Shown: positions 25,470-35,958 of the stretch, piece by piece
How the letters are laid out: every line of letters starts with the position of its first letter
Position numbering within the stretch: the first letter of the stretch is position 1
Source: Escherichia coli
GTDB taxonomy: Bacteria; Pseudomonadota; Gammaproteobacteria; Enterobacterales; Enterobacteriaceae
Length of the DNA stretch: 64,000 nucleotides
Reading direction: 5' to 3' (one strand)
NCBI RefSeq assembly: GCF_003790525.1
Contig: NZ_CP033635.1
The notes under the pieces: model-generated
The model's database searches: none
Seen by the model: the letters and a program-made list of their open reading frames with translations, nothing else
What the model was told of the DNA's origin: nothing
Made by a program: the position numbers and the translations under genes

Positions 25470-26418
25470 GCCACTGGCTGTCGTCGCGGTTGGCGGCAAT
25501 GCGCTCATTCAGGACGAGCAACGCAATAGTATTCCCGATCAATATGTTGCAGTGATGGAAAGCGTGCAGCATATCGTTGATATGGTTGAAGCCGGATGGG
25601 ACCTGGTGCTAACCCACGGTAATGGCCCGCAGGTGGGCTTTATTCTGCGCCGCTCTGAACTCGCCAGTAACGAAGTTTCTCCGGTTCCACTTGATTACGC
25701 CGTGGGTGATACACAAGGTGCAATTGGCTACATGTTCCAGAAAGCACTGCATAACGAATTGGCTCGCCGTGGCATAAACAAACCGGTAATTGCCCTGGTG
25801 ACACAAACGCGAGTCAGCCCACATGACGATGCTTTCGCCAGCCCCAGTAAACCAATTGGCGCGTTTCTCGATGAAGCAACGGCCCAACAACGCCAACAAC
25901 AACTCGGCTGGACGCTGATGGAGGACGCCGGGCGTGGTTGGCGGCGTACAGTTCCCTCTCCTGCCCCACTGGAAGTTATTGAGCACGACACCATCGCTCA
26001 CCTGGTGCGCCAGGGATATCTGGTTATTGCCTGCGGCGGCGGCGGTATTCCGGTGGTGCGAGACGGACAACAACTGAAAGGTGTAGAAGCCGTGATCGAT
26101 AAAGATCTGGCCTCCGCGCTGCTCGCCAGTCAGTTAGGCGCAGATCTGCTGGTGATCCCCACCGGTGTAGAAAAAGTGGCGATTAACTTTGGTACACCAC
26201 AACAACAGTGGCTCGACGCTATCAGCGTTGCCGAAGCGCAAACGCTGTTGCGGGAAGGTCAGTTTGGTGTCGGCAGTATGCAACCCAAAGTGGAAGCCAT
26301 TGTTGATTTCATCAATGCCAGCCAGCAACAAGGCAAACAGGCCAGCGGCCTGATTACTTCACCGCAAACCATAAAAGCAGCCCTGGCGCATCAGAGCGGT
26401 ACATGGATAACCCTTTAA
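25462..26418 (+). CDS. Carbamate kinase
   Basis: MVKPLAVVAVGGNALIQ... amino-acid-kinase fold, THGNGPQVG, IACGGGGIPVV; RBS aggag; overlaps the upstream gene by 8 nt. Confidence 0.8.
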   Translation: MVKPLAVVAVGGNALIQDEQRNSIPDQYVAVMESVQHIVDMVEAGWDLVLTHGNGPQVGFILRRSELASNEVSPVPLDYAVGDTQGAIGYMFQKALHNELARRGINKPVIALVTQTRVSPHDDAFASPSKPIGAFLDEATAQQRQQQLGWTLMEDAGRGWRRTVPSPAPLEVIEHDTIAHLVRQGYLVIACGGGGIPVVRDGQQLKGVEAVIDKDLASALLASQLGADLLVIPTGVEKVAINFGTPQQQWLDAISVAEAQTLLREGQFGVGSMQPKVEAIVDFINASQQQGKQASGLITSPQTIKAALAHQSGTWITL

Positions 26419-26434
26419 TTCTCTGGAGAACACA

Positions 26435-26824
26435 ATGACTACAACGCTTTTAGCCGTTAACGGAACGCTGATGCGCGGCCTGGAACTCAACCCAAATATG
26501 CAAAAAGCGGGCGGTATTTTTGTCCGTGAAGACCGAACTGACGCCCATTACCGGTTGTGGAGTATTAATGATCGCCATCCGGGAATGATTCGCGTGAATG
26601 AAGGAGGAACACACGTCGACGTAGAAATTTGGCAATTACCGCTGGCCAGTTTTGCCGCTCTGTTAATGAGCGAACCCGCTGGGCTGGCAATTGGCAAAAT
26701 CAAACTTGCCGATGGTAGCGAAGTGCTGGGCGTACTGGCAGAAAACTGGCTGACCGAAGGCCAACGGGAAATTACAGAACTGGGTAGCTGGCGCAAATAC
26801 ACCGGGCATTTTCATACTGTGTAA
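26435..26824 (+). CDS. Gamma-glutamylcyclotransferase-like (AIG2/GGCT fold) protein
   Basis: 129 aa; N-terminal AVNGTLMRG resembles the YGSLM-type GGCT motif. Confidence 0.55.
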   Translation: MTTTLLAVNGTLMRGLELNPNMQKAGGIFVREDRTDAHYRLWSINDRHPGMIRVNEGGTHVDVEIWQLPLASFAALLMSEPAGLAIGKIKLADGSEVLGVLAENWLTEGQREITELGSWRKYTGHFHTV

Positions 26825-26849
26825 CGCGCATTTATAAAGGGAACATACT

Positions 26850-28073
26850 ATGCGTAAAAAAGAAGAGAATCTGAATACGGCATCAGGATTGCGTATTGCC
26901 ATGATTTTGCTGGGTATTGCCGTCACACCTGTGCTGTTGTCATCCTCAAGCCTCGGCAATCAACTTTCCAGCGGCAGTTTAATTAGCGTCGTATTGTTAG
27001 GCGGCGTCATTCTGACCTTACTTTCAGCCATCACCATTAGCGTGGGAGAAAAAGCCCGCCTACCAACGTATGGCATTGTGAAATATTCGTTTGGCGAAAA
27101 AGGGGCCATCGCCATTAACATTTTGATGGCGATAAGTCTGTTCGGCTGGATTGCCGTTACCGCCAATATGTTTGGTCATTCGGTACATGACTTACTGGCT
27201 CAACATGGACTGGAAGTTCCACTGGCACTGTTAGTGGCGGCTGGCTGTGTCATTTTTGTCGCCTCTACGGCATTTGGCTTTGCCGTTCTGGGAAAAATTG
27301 CCCAGGTTGCCGTGCCGGTTATCGCGCTGGTGCTGTGTTACATCCTCTATGTGGCAACCCATACCGAAGTGGCAGTACCAGCGGCGATTGTGGAGATGAA
27401 TACAGGTGTCGCCGTTTCCACCGTTGTTGGCACCATTATTGTGCTGGTTGCCACACTGCCTGATTTCGGTAGTTTTGTGCATAACCGCAAACATGCGCTG
27501 ATTGCCGCAGGCGTGACGTTTCTGGTTGCCTACCCTCTGCTCTACTGGGCGGGTGCAACGCCGAGCGCCATTAGTGGTCAGGGATCTTTACTGGGTGCGA
27601 TGGCGGTATTCGGTGCGGTTCTGCCTGCGGCGCTGTTGTTGATTTTCGCCTGCGTCACCGGTAACGCGGGCAATATGTTCCAGGGCACGCTGGTGGTTTC
27701 CACACTGCTTACCCGCTTTCCCAAATGGCAGATTACCGTGGCGCTGGGTATCCTTTCCGCCATCGTAGGCAGTATGGATATTATGGCGTGGTTTATTCCG
27801 TTTCTGCTGTTCCTGGGTATCGCCACGCCACCCGTTGCCGGAATTTATATCGCTGACTTTTTCTTTTATCGCCGTAATGGCTATCAAGAGTCAGTGTTAG
27901 CCCAGGAGTCACAGATTAAAGTGCTGACATTCGCAGCATGGATCATAGGCGCAGCGGTTGGCTTTATGACCGTAAAAGGCTTATTCACCCTGACGACGAT
28001 CCCTTCGGTAGACTCGATTCTGGTGGCATGTATCGCTTATGCGATTCTCAGTCGGGCAAGTCAACACCGCTAA
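26850..28073 (+). CDS. NCS1-family nucleobase/cytosine-type permease (CodB-like)
   Basis: 407 aa, ~12 TM helices, overall similarity to purine-cytosine permeases. Confidence 0.7.
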   Translation: MRKKEENLNTASGLRIAMILLGIAVTPVLLSSSSLGNQLSSGSLISVVLLGGVILTLLSAITISVGEKARLPTYGIVKYSFGEKGAIAINILMAISLFGWIAVTANMFGHSVHDLLAQHGLEVPLALLVAAGCVIFVASTAFGFAVLGKIAQVAVPVIALVLCYILYVATHTEVAVPAAIVEMNTGVAVSTVVGTIIVLVATLPDFGSFVHNRKHALIAAGVTFLVAYPLLYWAGATPSAISGQGSLLGAMAVFGAVLPAALLLIFACVTGNAGNMFQGTLVVSTLLTRFPKWQITVALGILSAIVGSMDIMAWFIPFLLFLGIATPPVAGIYIADFFFYRRNGYQESVLAQESQIKVLTFAAWIIGAAVGFMTVKGLFTLTTIPSVDSILVACIAYAILSRASQHR

Positions 28074-28150
28074 TTCCTGGGTATACTCAGGCAATGATTA
28101 CGGCTGAATCTGGAGAGATTCAGCCACTTTACCACTGACCAGGAAGCCTT

Positions 28151-29047
28151 ATGTTCATCTCAGACGAAACGCTTCGTGTTATTCATCTGGTCGCCAGACA
28201 CCAGAGCATTACCACCGCAGCCGAGCAGTTAAATAAAGTCCCTTCCGCCATCAGTTACACCATCAAGAAAGCGGAAGAGAGCCTGGGCGTTGAACTGTTC
28301 ATTCGTAAGGGACGCTATATTGAATTATCGCCAGCGGGAAGTTACTTCATCGAACATAGCAAAACTATTCTTGGCGACCTGGAAGCATTAAAGCGCAACA
28401 CAGTGCTGATTCACGATGGTATTGAGCGTGAACTGACAATTGCGGTAAACAATATTATTCCTGGTGATTTGCTGGTGGCATTTATTCGAGATTTTGAACG
28501 GCAATTCACATCAACAACACTGACGGTAGATCTTGAGGTATACAACGGCTGCTGGGATGCGCTGTACAGTAAGCGTGCCGATCTGGTCTACGGTGCTCCT
28601 CATGCAGTGCCAAGCAGTGAAGGCATCATTAGCGAACCGGTCGGACAAATGGAATGGGATTTTGTCGTCAGCCCACTCCACCCACTGGCAGCGAAGCGGC
28701 ATCCATTAGAAAACAGTGAATTGCGTCATTATCCAGCGGTTTGTATCCGCGATACCTCCGTTAACTTCCCCCCGATGCAAGCCTGGTTGTTGGAAGGACA
28801 AAAACCCATTTTTGTTCCTGACTTCGCTACGGCAATCGCCTTAATAGAACAAAACGTCGGTATTGGTTATATTCCACATCATCTGGCATTGCCGTTATTG
28901 AACAGCGGTAAATTGCTTAAAAAGCCAATGCGCGAACATAAACACGCCACCAAGTTATTTCTTGCCGCTCGTTCCGATGGTATGGGCAAAGCCTGTCAGT
29001 GGTGCATAGAATATTTAAGAAATCCGCAATTAATTTTCTGTTCCTGA
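28151..29047 (+). CDS. LysR-type transcriptional regulator
   Basis: N-terminal HTH (LRVIHLVARHQSITTAAEQLNKVPSAISYTIKKAEESLG) plus substrate-binding domain. Confidence 0.8.
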   Translation: MFISDETLRVIHLVARHQSITTAAEQLNKVPSAISYTIKKAEESLGVELFIRKGRYIELSPAGSYFIEHSKTILGDLEALKRNTVLIHDGIERELTIAVNNIIPGDLLVAFIRDFERQFTSTTLTVDLEVYNGCWDALYSKRADLVYGAPHAVPSSEGIISEPVGQMEWDFVVSPLHPLAAKRHPLENSELRHYPAVCIRDTSVNFPPMQAWLLEGQKPIFVPDFATAIALIEQNVGIGYIPHHLALPLLNSGKLLKKPMREHKHATKLFLAARSDGMGKACQWCIEYLRNPQLIFCS

Positions 29048-29140
29048 AGATCCACATCATACCTGGCATACATAGCAAAATGGCTTCCGGTGTTGGAAGC
29101 CATTATTGTGCTGCAATTTACAATGACTCGTTAATACTCA

Positions 29141-31402
29141 TCATCCCCGACGCAAATTCTGCGCCGCCTGCACCATGTTCGCCAGTGCCGCGCGGGTTTC
29201 TGGCCAGCCGCGCGTTTTCAGGCCACAGTCCGGGTTGACCCACAGACGCTCTGCCGGAATGCGTTTTGCCGCTTTCTTCAGCAAGGCTTCAATCCATTCC
29301 ACGCTCGGTACGTTTGGCGAGTGAATGTCATAGACGCCAGGACCGATTTCATTTGGATAATCAAACTCTTCGAACGACTCCAGCAACTCCATGTCGGAAC
29401 GCGAGGTTTCGATGGTGATGACGTCTGCGTCCAGCGCCGCAATCGAATCCATGATGTCGTTGAACTCGCAGTAACACATGTGAGTGTGGATTTGTGTGTC
29501 ATCTTTCGCCACAGCGGCGTTGATACGGAAAGCCTCCACGCCCCACTGGAGATAGGCATCCCAGTCGCTGCGACGCAGTGGTAAACCTTCGCGCAATGCC
29601 GGTTCGTCAATCTGAATGATGCCAATTCCAGCGGCTTCCAGGTCCGCGACTTCATCACGCAGCGCCAGCGCAATTTGTTTGGCGATGGTTTCACGGCTGA
29701 CATCTTCACGCGGGAACGACCAGCAGAGAATAGTCACCGGGCCGGTCAACATCCCTTTCACCGGTTTATCAGTCAGGGATTGCGCATATTTTGCCCACTC
29801 CACGGTAATCGGTGCCGGGCGGCTAACGTCACCAATAACAATCGGTGGCTTCACGCAGCGGGAACCGTAGCTCTGTACCCAACCGTTTTGCGTAAAGACA
29901 AAGCCATCCAGATGCTCGCCAAAGTATTCCACCATGTCATTACGCTCGGCCTCGCCATGTACCAGCACATCCAGTCCCAAACGTTCCTGCTCAACAATGG
30001 CCTGCTTGATATGTTCCGCAATGCCTGTGCGGTAGTTGTTGGCGTCGAGATTACCCTTTTTGAAATCCAGACGCAGGGTACGAATCTCCGTGGTTTGCGG
30101 GAAAGAACCAATCGTGGTGGTCGGCCATGCTGGGAGTTTAAAACGCGCACGCTGGGCTTCAGCACGCACTTCATAGACATTCGCACGCTGACTGTCCTGA
30201 GCGGTGATCGCCGCCAGACGCTTTTCTACTGCCGGATTATGTACACGAGTAGAGTGACGACGCGCCTGAATCGGAGCGCTCCACGCTGCCAGAGCTGCCG
30301 TATCACCACTGTTCAACGCATCGCGCAGCAATGCCAGTTCATGACATTTTTGCAGGGCGAAGGCAAACCAGCTTTTCACTTCTGCATCAAGACGTGTTTC
30401 CACACTCAGGTCAATGGGACTGTGCAGCAGTGAGCAGGAAGATGCCACCCACAAATCACGTTTGCCGACAATGTCCTTAATTTGCGCATATTTCTCGGTA
30501 AGATCGGCGCGCCAGACGTTACGACCATTGATAAGACCCGCAGACAGCAGCCAGTCAGAAGGCAGACGCTTGTGCAGTTCAGCAACGTCATCTTTACCAT
30601 GTACAAGATCGACATGCAGACCCTGAACAGGCAGCGCAGTAATCGTGTCGAGATTTGGTGTTACGCCTTCAAAATAGGTGGTCAGCAGCAGTTTCACCTG
30701 TCCCTGGAGCGCGTCGTAAGCGGGTTTGTATGCGTCCAGCCACGCCTGCGGCAGTTCCAGTACCAGCGCGGGTTCATCAATCTGTACCCACTCGATGCCG
30801 CGTTTCGCCAGTTCTGCCAGCACTTGCTGATAAACCGGCAGAATGTCGTTCAGCAGGCTCAGGCGATCAAACTGTTCACCTTTCACTTTACCCAGCCACA
30901 GGTAGGTAACTGGCCCCAGCAGCACAGGTTTCACCTTGTGGCCCAGCGCCAGCGCCTCGTCCACTTCCTCCAGCAGCTGCGTCCAGGTCAGTTTGAACTG
31001 TTGGCCTTTAACGAACTCCGGCACCATGTAGTGATAGTTGGTGTTAAACCATTTGGTCATTTCCGCTGCCGCCGCAGGTTCGCCAGTCGGTGCACGTCCA
31101 CGACCAATACGGAACAGGGTGTCGATATCTACCGAACCATCGTTGTTCTGGTGACGCGCCGGAACATTACCCAGCAGCAGACTGGTGGTCAGTACATGAT
31201 CGTACCAGGCAAAATCGCCCACCGGCAGCAGGTCGATACCCGCTTGCTTTTGTTGCTCCCAGTGACGAGCACGTAATTCACGCCCTACCGCCAGCAGTTC
31301 TTCACGCGTGGAGTTCCCCGCCCAATAACTCTCTTGCGCTTTTTTCAGCTCGCGACGCAGGCCAACGCGAGGGAAACCGAGGGTGTGATTAAGAATTGTC
31401 AT
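29141..31402 (-). CDS. metE: Cobalamin-independent methionine synthase MetE
   Basis: 753 aa, [29 protein letters not shown]... Confidence 0.95.
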   Translation of the reverse strand: MTILNHTLGFPRVGLRRELKKAQESYWAGNSTREELLAVGRELRARHWEQQKQAGIDLLPVGDFAWYDHVLTTSLLLGNVPARHQNNDGSVDIDTLFRIGRGRAPTGEPAAAAEMTKWFNTNYHYMVPEFVKGQQFKLTWTQLLEEVDEALALGHKVKPVLLGPVTYLWLGKVKGEQFDRLSLLNDILPVYQQVLAELAKRGIEWVQIDEPALVLELPQAWLDAYKPAYDALQGQVKLLLTTYFEGVTPNLDTITALPVQGLHVDLVHGKDDVAELHKRLPSDWLLSAGLINGRNVWRADLTEKYAQIKDIVGKRDLWVASSCSLLHSPIDLSVETRLDAEVKSWFAFALQKCHELALLRDALNSGDTAALAAWSAPIQARRHSTRVHNPAVEKRLAAITAQDSQRANVYEVRAEAQRARFKLPAWPTTTIGSFPQTTEIRTLRLDFKKGNLDANNYRTGIAEHIKQAIVEQERLGLDVLVHGEAERNDMVEYFGEHLDGFVFTQNGWVQSYGSRCVKPPIVIGDVSRPAPITVEWAKYAQSLTDKPVKGMLTGPVTILCWSFPREDVSRETIAKQIALALRDEVADLEAAGIGIIQIDEPALREGLPLRRSDWDAYLQWGVEAFRINAAVAKDDTQIHTHMCYCEFNDIMDSIAALDADVITIETSRSDMELLESFEEFDYPNEIGPGVYDIHSPNVPSVEWIEALLKKAAKRIPAERLWVNPDCGLKTRGWPETRAALANMVQAAQNLRRG

Positions 31403-31519
31403 TATATGCCCCTTATGGAATTTTTAGTATTTAGCCGTCCAGATGTTTACACATCCATAATTGGCGGTTACTGTATATTCCTCAAGCGCAAATTATTCAT
31501 GCCGAAGTGAAGGACTTTC
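31403..31519. promoter_or_regulatory. metE/metR divergent promoter region with candidate MetJ/MetR sites (CCAGATGTTTACACATCC)
   Basis: Met-box-like octamer pair seen in sequence; known regulatory arrangement in E. coli. Confidence 0.4.
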
Positions 31520-32473
31520 ATGATCGAAGTAAAACACCTGAAAACGCTACAAGCGTTGCGGAACTGCGGCTCACTCGCAGCCGCTGCGGCGACGTTGCAT
31601 CAAACGCAATCCGCCCTGTCTCACCAGTTTAGCGATCTGGAACAACGCCTTGGCTTCCGGCTATTTGTGCGTAAAAGCCAGCCGCTTCGCTTTACACCGC
31701 AGGGAGAAATCCTGTTGCAACTGGCAAATCAGGTGCTGCCGCAAATTAGCCAGGCACTGCAAGCCTGCAATGAACCGCAGCAGACGCGCCTGCGCATTGC
31801 CATAGAGTGCCATAGCTGTATTCAGTGGCTGACGCCCGCATTAGAAAATTTCCATAAGAACTGGCCGCAGGTGGAGATGGATTTTAAATCGGGCGTAACG
31901 TTTGATCCGCAGCCTGCGTTGCAACAGGGCGAGCTGGATCTGGTGATGACGTCCGATATTCTGCCGCGCAGTGGCCTGCATTATTCGCCGATGTTCGACT
32001 ATGAAGTGCGTCTGGTGTTAGCACCTGACCATCCACTGGCGGCAAAAACGCGAATTACACCGGAAGATCTCGCCAGCGAGACGCTGTTGATTTATCCGGT
32101 GCAGCGTAGCCGACTGGATGTCTGGCGGCATTTTCTTCAGCCAGCAGGCGTCAGCCCGTCACTGAAAAGCGTCGATAACACCTTATTGTTGATTCAGATG
32201 GTTGCCGCACGGATGGGTATTGCCGCACTACCGCATTGGGTAGTGGAGAGTTTTGAACGCCAGGGTCTGGTGGTCACCAAAACCCTGGGCGAAGGCTTGT
32301 GGAGCCGACTGTACGCCGCCGTGCGCGATGGCGAGCAGCGTCAGCCGATTACAGAAGCGTTTATTCGTTCAGCGCGCAATCACGCCTGCGATCATCTGCC
32401 GTTTGTGAAGAGCGCGGAGCGACCCACTTACGATGCACCCACAGTGAGGCCAGGATCACCAGCGCGCCTGTAA
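31520..32473 (+). CDS. metR: LysR-type regulator MetR
   Basis: 317 aa, [45 protein letters not shown]... Confidence 0.95.
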   Translation: MIEVKHLKTLQALRNCGSLAAAAATLHQTQSALSHQFSDLEQRLGFRLFVRKSQPLRFTPQGEILLQLANQVLPQISQALQACNEPQQTRLRIAIECHSCIQWLTPALENFHKNWPQVEMDFKSGVTFDPQPALQQGELDLVMTSDILPRSGLHYSPMFDYEVRLVLAPDHPLAAKTRITPEDLASETLLIYPVQRSRLDVWRHFLQPAGVSPSLKSVDNTLLLIQMVAARMGIAALPHWVVESFERQGLVVTKTLGEGLWSRLYAAVRDGEQRQPITEAFIRSARNHACDHLPFVKSAERPTYDAPTVRPGSPARL

Positions 32474-33260
32474 TAAACGTTGGCCAGTGCGGCTGTTGGT
32501 GCCAGATAGCCAGGTTTACCAGCAGCCCTGCCGGAACGTGCATATTATTCATAATGCCCAGCGTTCCGGCGTCCACCTGCGTCGCGCCGTAGTTCCACAT
32601 AAAGTAGCCAATCCCGGAAGCCACCACGCCAAGAAACACCAGAATGCCCCATTGCAACGTGGTTTGCGGCATTTTCTGCGCATTTCCTAGCAAGAACCAT
32701 GCAATCACTGCCACCAGGAACGCGCCAAGATAGAACCACGCAAAGGCGTTATGCTGCGGCATCGGGCGAGTTTCCATCAGACGTTTGTAACCCACCATGC
32801 CGATGGCAAAAGTGATATTGGAGAGTTGCACCAGCAATAAGCCAGTCCAGAAATGGTCGGTGACCTGATCATAGCGAATAATCCCGGCACCAATCACCGC
32901 CAGCAAGGCGCTAAAAGCATAGCCCCAGCGCAGACGGCGCTTACTCATGATGTCATAAATCAGCGTGATGTAGAGCGGCGTCAGTACGGTGAACAGCAAC
33001 AGTTCGGAGACCGTCAGGTAGAGATAGGCGCGGAAACTCAGCATATACATCACACCGAGCTGCATCGCGCCCACCAGCATATACAGGCCGACCGTTTTCA
33101 GGCTATTGCCACGGGTACGCAGAAACGGCAGAAAAACGAGTGCCGCCAGGCCAACGCGCACCAGCACCGCAAAATAGCTATCGACGTGCCCCGCAAGGTA
33201 CTCGCCATAAAAGCTAAAGGAGAAGGCCCACAGAATCGTGGTGATGATAAGTAGCGCCAC
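32361..33260 (-). CDS. yigM: DMT/EamA-family inner-membrane transporter YigM (reported biotin transporter)
   Basis: 299 aa, 10 TM helices; 3' end overlaps the metR 3' end convergently by 113 bp. Confidence 0.85.
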   Translation of the reverse strand: MALLIITTILWAFSFSFYGEYLAGHVDSYFAVLVRVGLAALVFLPFLRTRGNSLKTVGLYMLVGAMQLGVMYMLSFRAYLYLTVSELLLFTVLTPLYITLIYDIMSKRRLRWGYAFSALLAVIGAGIIRYDQVTDHFWTGLLLVQLSNITFAIGMVGYKRLMETRPMPQHNAFAWFYLGAFLVAVIAWFLLGNAQKMPQTTLQWGILVFLGVVASGIGYFMWNYGATQVDAGTLGIMNNMHVPAGLLVNLAIWHQQPHWPTFITGALVILASLWVHRKWVAPRSSQTADDRRRDCALNE

Positions 33261-33335
33261 AATGGAAAACTCTTTGATTAACGAGTATCCATTGTAGCGA
33301 AGTATCAGGTTGACAACTGACCAAATAAAGAACGA

Positions 33336-34136
33336 TTACGATAAATAGAGCTTACGCAGATAATGCGGCACTGCGTCCTCGGCGTTAGTACCAATCACTT
33401 CCAGTTCCGGATGCAGATCTTTCAGACGCTGGTGCGCACTGCCCATAATGCAGCCTTTCCCCGCCATCGACAGCATTTCGGCGTCGTTCATGCCATCGCC
33501 AAAGGCAATACAATCTTGCAGGCTGTAGCCCAGTTTCTTCGCCACCGCTTCCAGCGCATGGCCTTTCGACACGCCGCCCGCCATCACTTCCAGACAGGTT
33601 AAGGTAGAGAAACTAACGTTGACGCGATCGCCCCAGCGAGCATTAATCGCCTGCTCCAGCGGCAGCAGTTGTTCATGGGAATCGCAGGTGAAGAACACTT
33701 TGCTGACGCCTTCCGGCTCCAGTAATCCCGGCTCATACAGCGCATATTTGAATACCGCTTCTTTAAAAAAGCGCATCTCTTCCGGGCGATGACGATTCAT
33801 AAACCATTCGTCGTCGCGATAAACGTTAGTAATGATGTCCGGATTGTCGTTGACTACGCCAAACAGATCGCTGGCAATATCGCGATCCAGGTTATGAGCA
33901 AAAATCAGATTGCCATCCAGATCGTGAACGCGCGCGCCATTGGAGGTAATCATGTAAGACTTAATCTCCAGATTATCGCGAATTTGCCCCACATCAACGT
34001 GGTGACGACCGGTCGCAAATACAAAGTTGATGCCGCGCGCGGTGAGCAGCTTCAGAGTTTCTTTGGCGTAAGGGGATAACGTATGGTCGGGAGAAAGTAA
34101 CGTGCCATCTAAATCAGACGCAACAACCTGGTACAT
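33336..34136 (-). CDS. yigL: HAD-family sugar/pyridoxal-phosphate phosphatase YigL
   Basis: MYQVVASDLDGTLLSPDHTL... Cof-type HAD motifs; start chosen at MYQVV rather than the extended six-frame ORF. Confidence 0.9.
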   Translation of the reverse strand: MYQVVASDLDGTLLSPDHTLSPYAKETLKLLTARGINFVFATGRHHVDVGQIRDNLEIKSYMITSNGARVHDLDGNLIFAHNLDRDIASDLFGVVNDNPDIITNVYRDDEWFMNRHRPEEMRFFKEAVFKYALYEPGLLEPEGVSKVFFTCDSHEQLLPLEQAINARWGDRVNVSFSTLTCLEVMAGGVSKGHALEAVAKKLGYSLQDCIAFGDGMNDAEMLSMAGKGCIMGSAHQRLKDLHPELEVIGTNAEDAVPHYLRKLYLS

Positions 34137-34143
34137 AAGAAAT

Positions 34144-35166
34144 TTAAACCTCTGTAGAGCGGTTTCCGCTGGGTGAGTTATGCCTGTTGAAAAAATCAAC
34201 GATAGCGTGGAGCGCGACTGAGCGCATTGCGTCCTTTTCAAAAAGGATCTCATGGTACGCACCTTTAATTACCAACGGCCGTCCTCCTTCGACAGGATGG
34301 CCCGCAGCGGTGCGTAGTTCACAAAAACGGTCGTGCATGCGGTTATCCACCACGCGTTCCTCTTCAGCTTGTAAGAGAAGCGTTGGCGTGGCGTCATCAC
34401 CCGCACCGGCTAACACCTGTTCGCCAGCCAGAATACTTTCGCGTACCCAATGGTAGGTCGGCCCACCGACGCGAATCGTTGGGTCATCAGCATAAAAGCG
34501 TAAGTTACGTCGATATCGCTGTCTGCTGTGGGTCAGTACGTTGATAGCAAACGGCAACGCGCGCCAGCGCCCGGTGCCTATTGCATAGCCATCACGGAAA
34601 CGTGGATGCGCTTCGGCCCAGTTGAGGATCTGCCGTGCCATAAATGACGGCATACGAATCACGATCCCAAACATTGGCGCAGTTAGCGCAATGGCGTCAC
34701 ATACACCTGGATGGCGTTGCAGAAATAATGTGGAGATCGCACCGCCCATTGAATGTGCCAGTATATAGCGTTTACGCCACGGACCGGGCTGAACCTCCTG
34801 CTGCCAGAATGCCGCCAGATCATCAACATAATCATTAAAGCGATTAACATGCCCGAGATGCGGATCGGCTAACAGGCGACCGGAACGTCCCTGCCCGCGA
34901 TGGTCGATGATTAAGACATCAAACCCCAAATGGAACAGGTCATAGGCCAGTTCCGCATATTTTACGTAGCTCTCAATACGCCCCGGGCAGATGACTACCA
35001 CCCGGTCATGGTGCTGTGCGCGAAAACGGACAAAGCGCACCGGAATGTCATCCACACCAGTAAATTCTGCTTCATCACGCTGACGCCAGAAATCAGTCAG
35101 CGGTCCCATGGTAAAAGCAGCAAACGCGTTTTCTCTTGTTTCCCAGTCTTTTTGCTGCTGAAACAT
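34144..35166 (-). CDS. pldB: Lysophospholipase L2 PldB
   Basis: 340 aa alpha/beta hydrolase with GHSMGG nucleophile elbow. Confidence 0.9.
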   Translation of the reverse strand: MFQQQKDWETRENAFAAFTMGPLTDFWRQRDEAEFTGVDDIPVRFVRFRAQHHDRVVVICPGRIESYVKYAELAYDLFHLGFDVLIIDHRGQGRSGRLLADPHLGHVNRFNDYVDDLAAFWQQEVQPGPWRKRYILAHSMGGAISTLFLQRHPGVCDAIALTAPMFGIVIRMPSFMARQILNWAEAHPRFRDGYAIGTGRWRALPFAINVLTHSRQRYRRNLRFYADDPTIRVGGPTYHWVRESILAGEQVLAGAGDDATPTLLLQAEEERVVDNRMHDRFCELRTAAGHPVEGGRPLVIKGAYHEILFEKDAMRSVALHAIVDFFNRHNSPSGNRSTEV

Positions 35167-35276
35167 CGGGTAATCTGCCTCTTAAACCACGTAAAATCGT
35201 TTTTTTAAGCGTGCCTGACACAACGCTGCGACAGTAGCGTATTGTGGCACAAAAATAGACACACCGGGAGTTCATC

Positions 35277-35897
35277 ATGACCTTAGAATGGTGGTTTGCC
35301 TACCTGCTGACATCGATCATTTTAAGCCTGTCGCCAGGCTCTGGCGCAATCAACACCATGACCACCTCGCTCAACCACGGTTATCGCGGCGCGGTGGCGT
35401 CTATTGCTGGGCTTCAGACCGGACTGGCGATTCATATTGTGCTGGTTGGCGTGGGGTTGGGGACGCTATTTTCCCGCTCAGTGATTGCGTTTGAAGTGTT
35501 GAAGTGGGCAGGCGCAGCTTACTTGATTTGGCTGGGAATACAGCAATGGCGCGCCGCTGGTGCAATTGACCTTAAATCGCCAGCCTCTACTCAATCGCGC
35601 CGACATTTGTTCCAGCGCGCAGTTTTTGTGAATCTTACCAATCCCAAAAGTATTGTGTTTCTGGCGGCGCTATTTCCGCAATTCATCATGCCGCAGCAGC
35701 CACAACTGATGCAGTATATCGTGCTCGGCGTCACCACTATTGTGGTCGATATTATTGTGATGATCGGTTACGCCACCCTTGCTCAACGGATTGCTCTATG
35801 GATTAAAGGACCAAAGCAGATGAAGGCGCTGAATAAGATTTTCGGCTCGTTGTTTATGCTGGTGGGAGCGCTGTTAGCATCGGCGAGGCATGCGTGA
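35277..35897 (+). CDS. rhtB: Homoserine/homoserine-lactone efflux protein RhtB (LysE family)
   Basis: 206 aa, [28 protein letters not shown]... Confidence 0.9.
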   Translation: MTLEWWFAYLLTSIILSLSPGSGAINTMTTSLNHGYRGAVASIAGLQTGLAIHIVLVGVGLGTLFSRSVIAFEVLKWAGAAYLIWLGIQQWRAAGAIDLKSPASTQSRRHLFQRAVFVNLTNPKSIVFLAALFPQFIMPQQPQLMQYIVLGVTTIVVDIIVMIGYATLAQRIALWIKGPKQMKALNKIFGSLFMLVGALLASARHA

Positions 35898-35904
35898 AAA
35901 ATAA

Positions 35905-35940
35905 TGTCGGATGCGGCGTAAACGCCTTATCCGACTTACT
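35905..35940. repeat. REP palindrome (GTCGGATGCGGCGTAAACGCCTTATCCGAC)
   Basis: Read in the rhtB-rhtC convergent intergenic region. Confidence 0.75.
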
Positions 35941-35958
35941 CTGATGACGCGTCTGGCA

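Larger units (their letters stand above)
20604..29140. other. Accessory block between ysgA and metE (adjacent in my recollection of K-12): eight same-strand genes forming a putative carbamoyl/ureide catabolic operon
   Basis: Flanked by conserved ysgA and metE; near-zero or overlapping intergenic gaps between most genes. Confidence 0.6.

Noticed and set aside
13079-29140. Possibility that the two metabolic blocks are mobile genomic islands
   Set aside because: No integrase, transposase, IS-element ends, flanking direct repeats or tRNA association were seen, and GC content looks native; they are called accessory blocks, not mobile elements
30482-31276. 264-aa plus-strand ORF inside metE, with several other 70-250 aa ORFs antisense to metE
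   Set aside because: All fall within the metE coding region on the opposite strand; typical shadow ORFs
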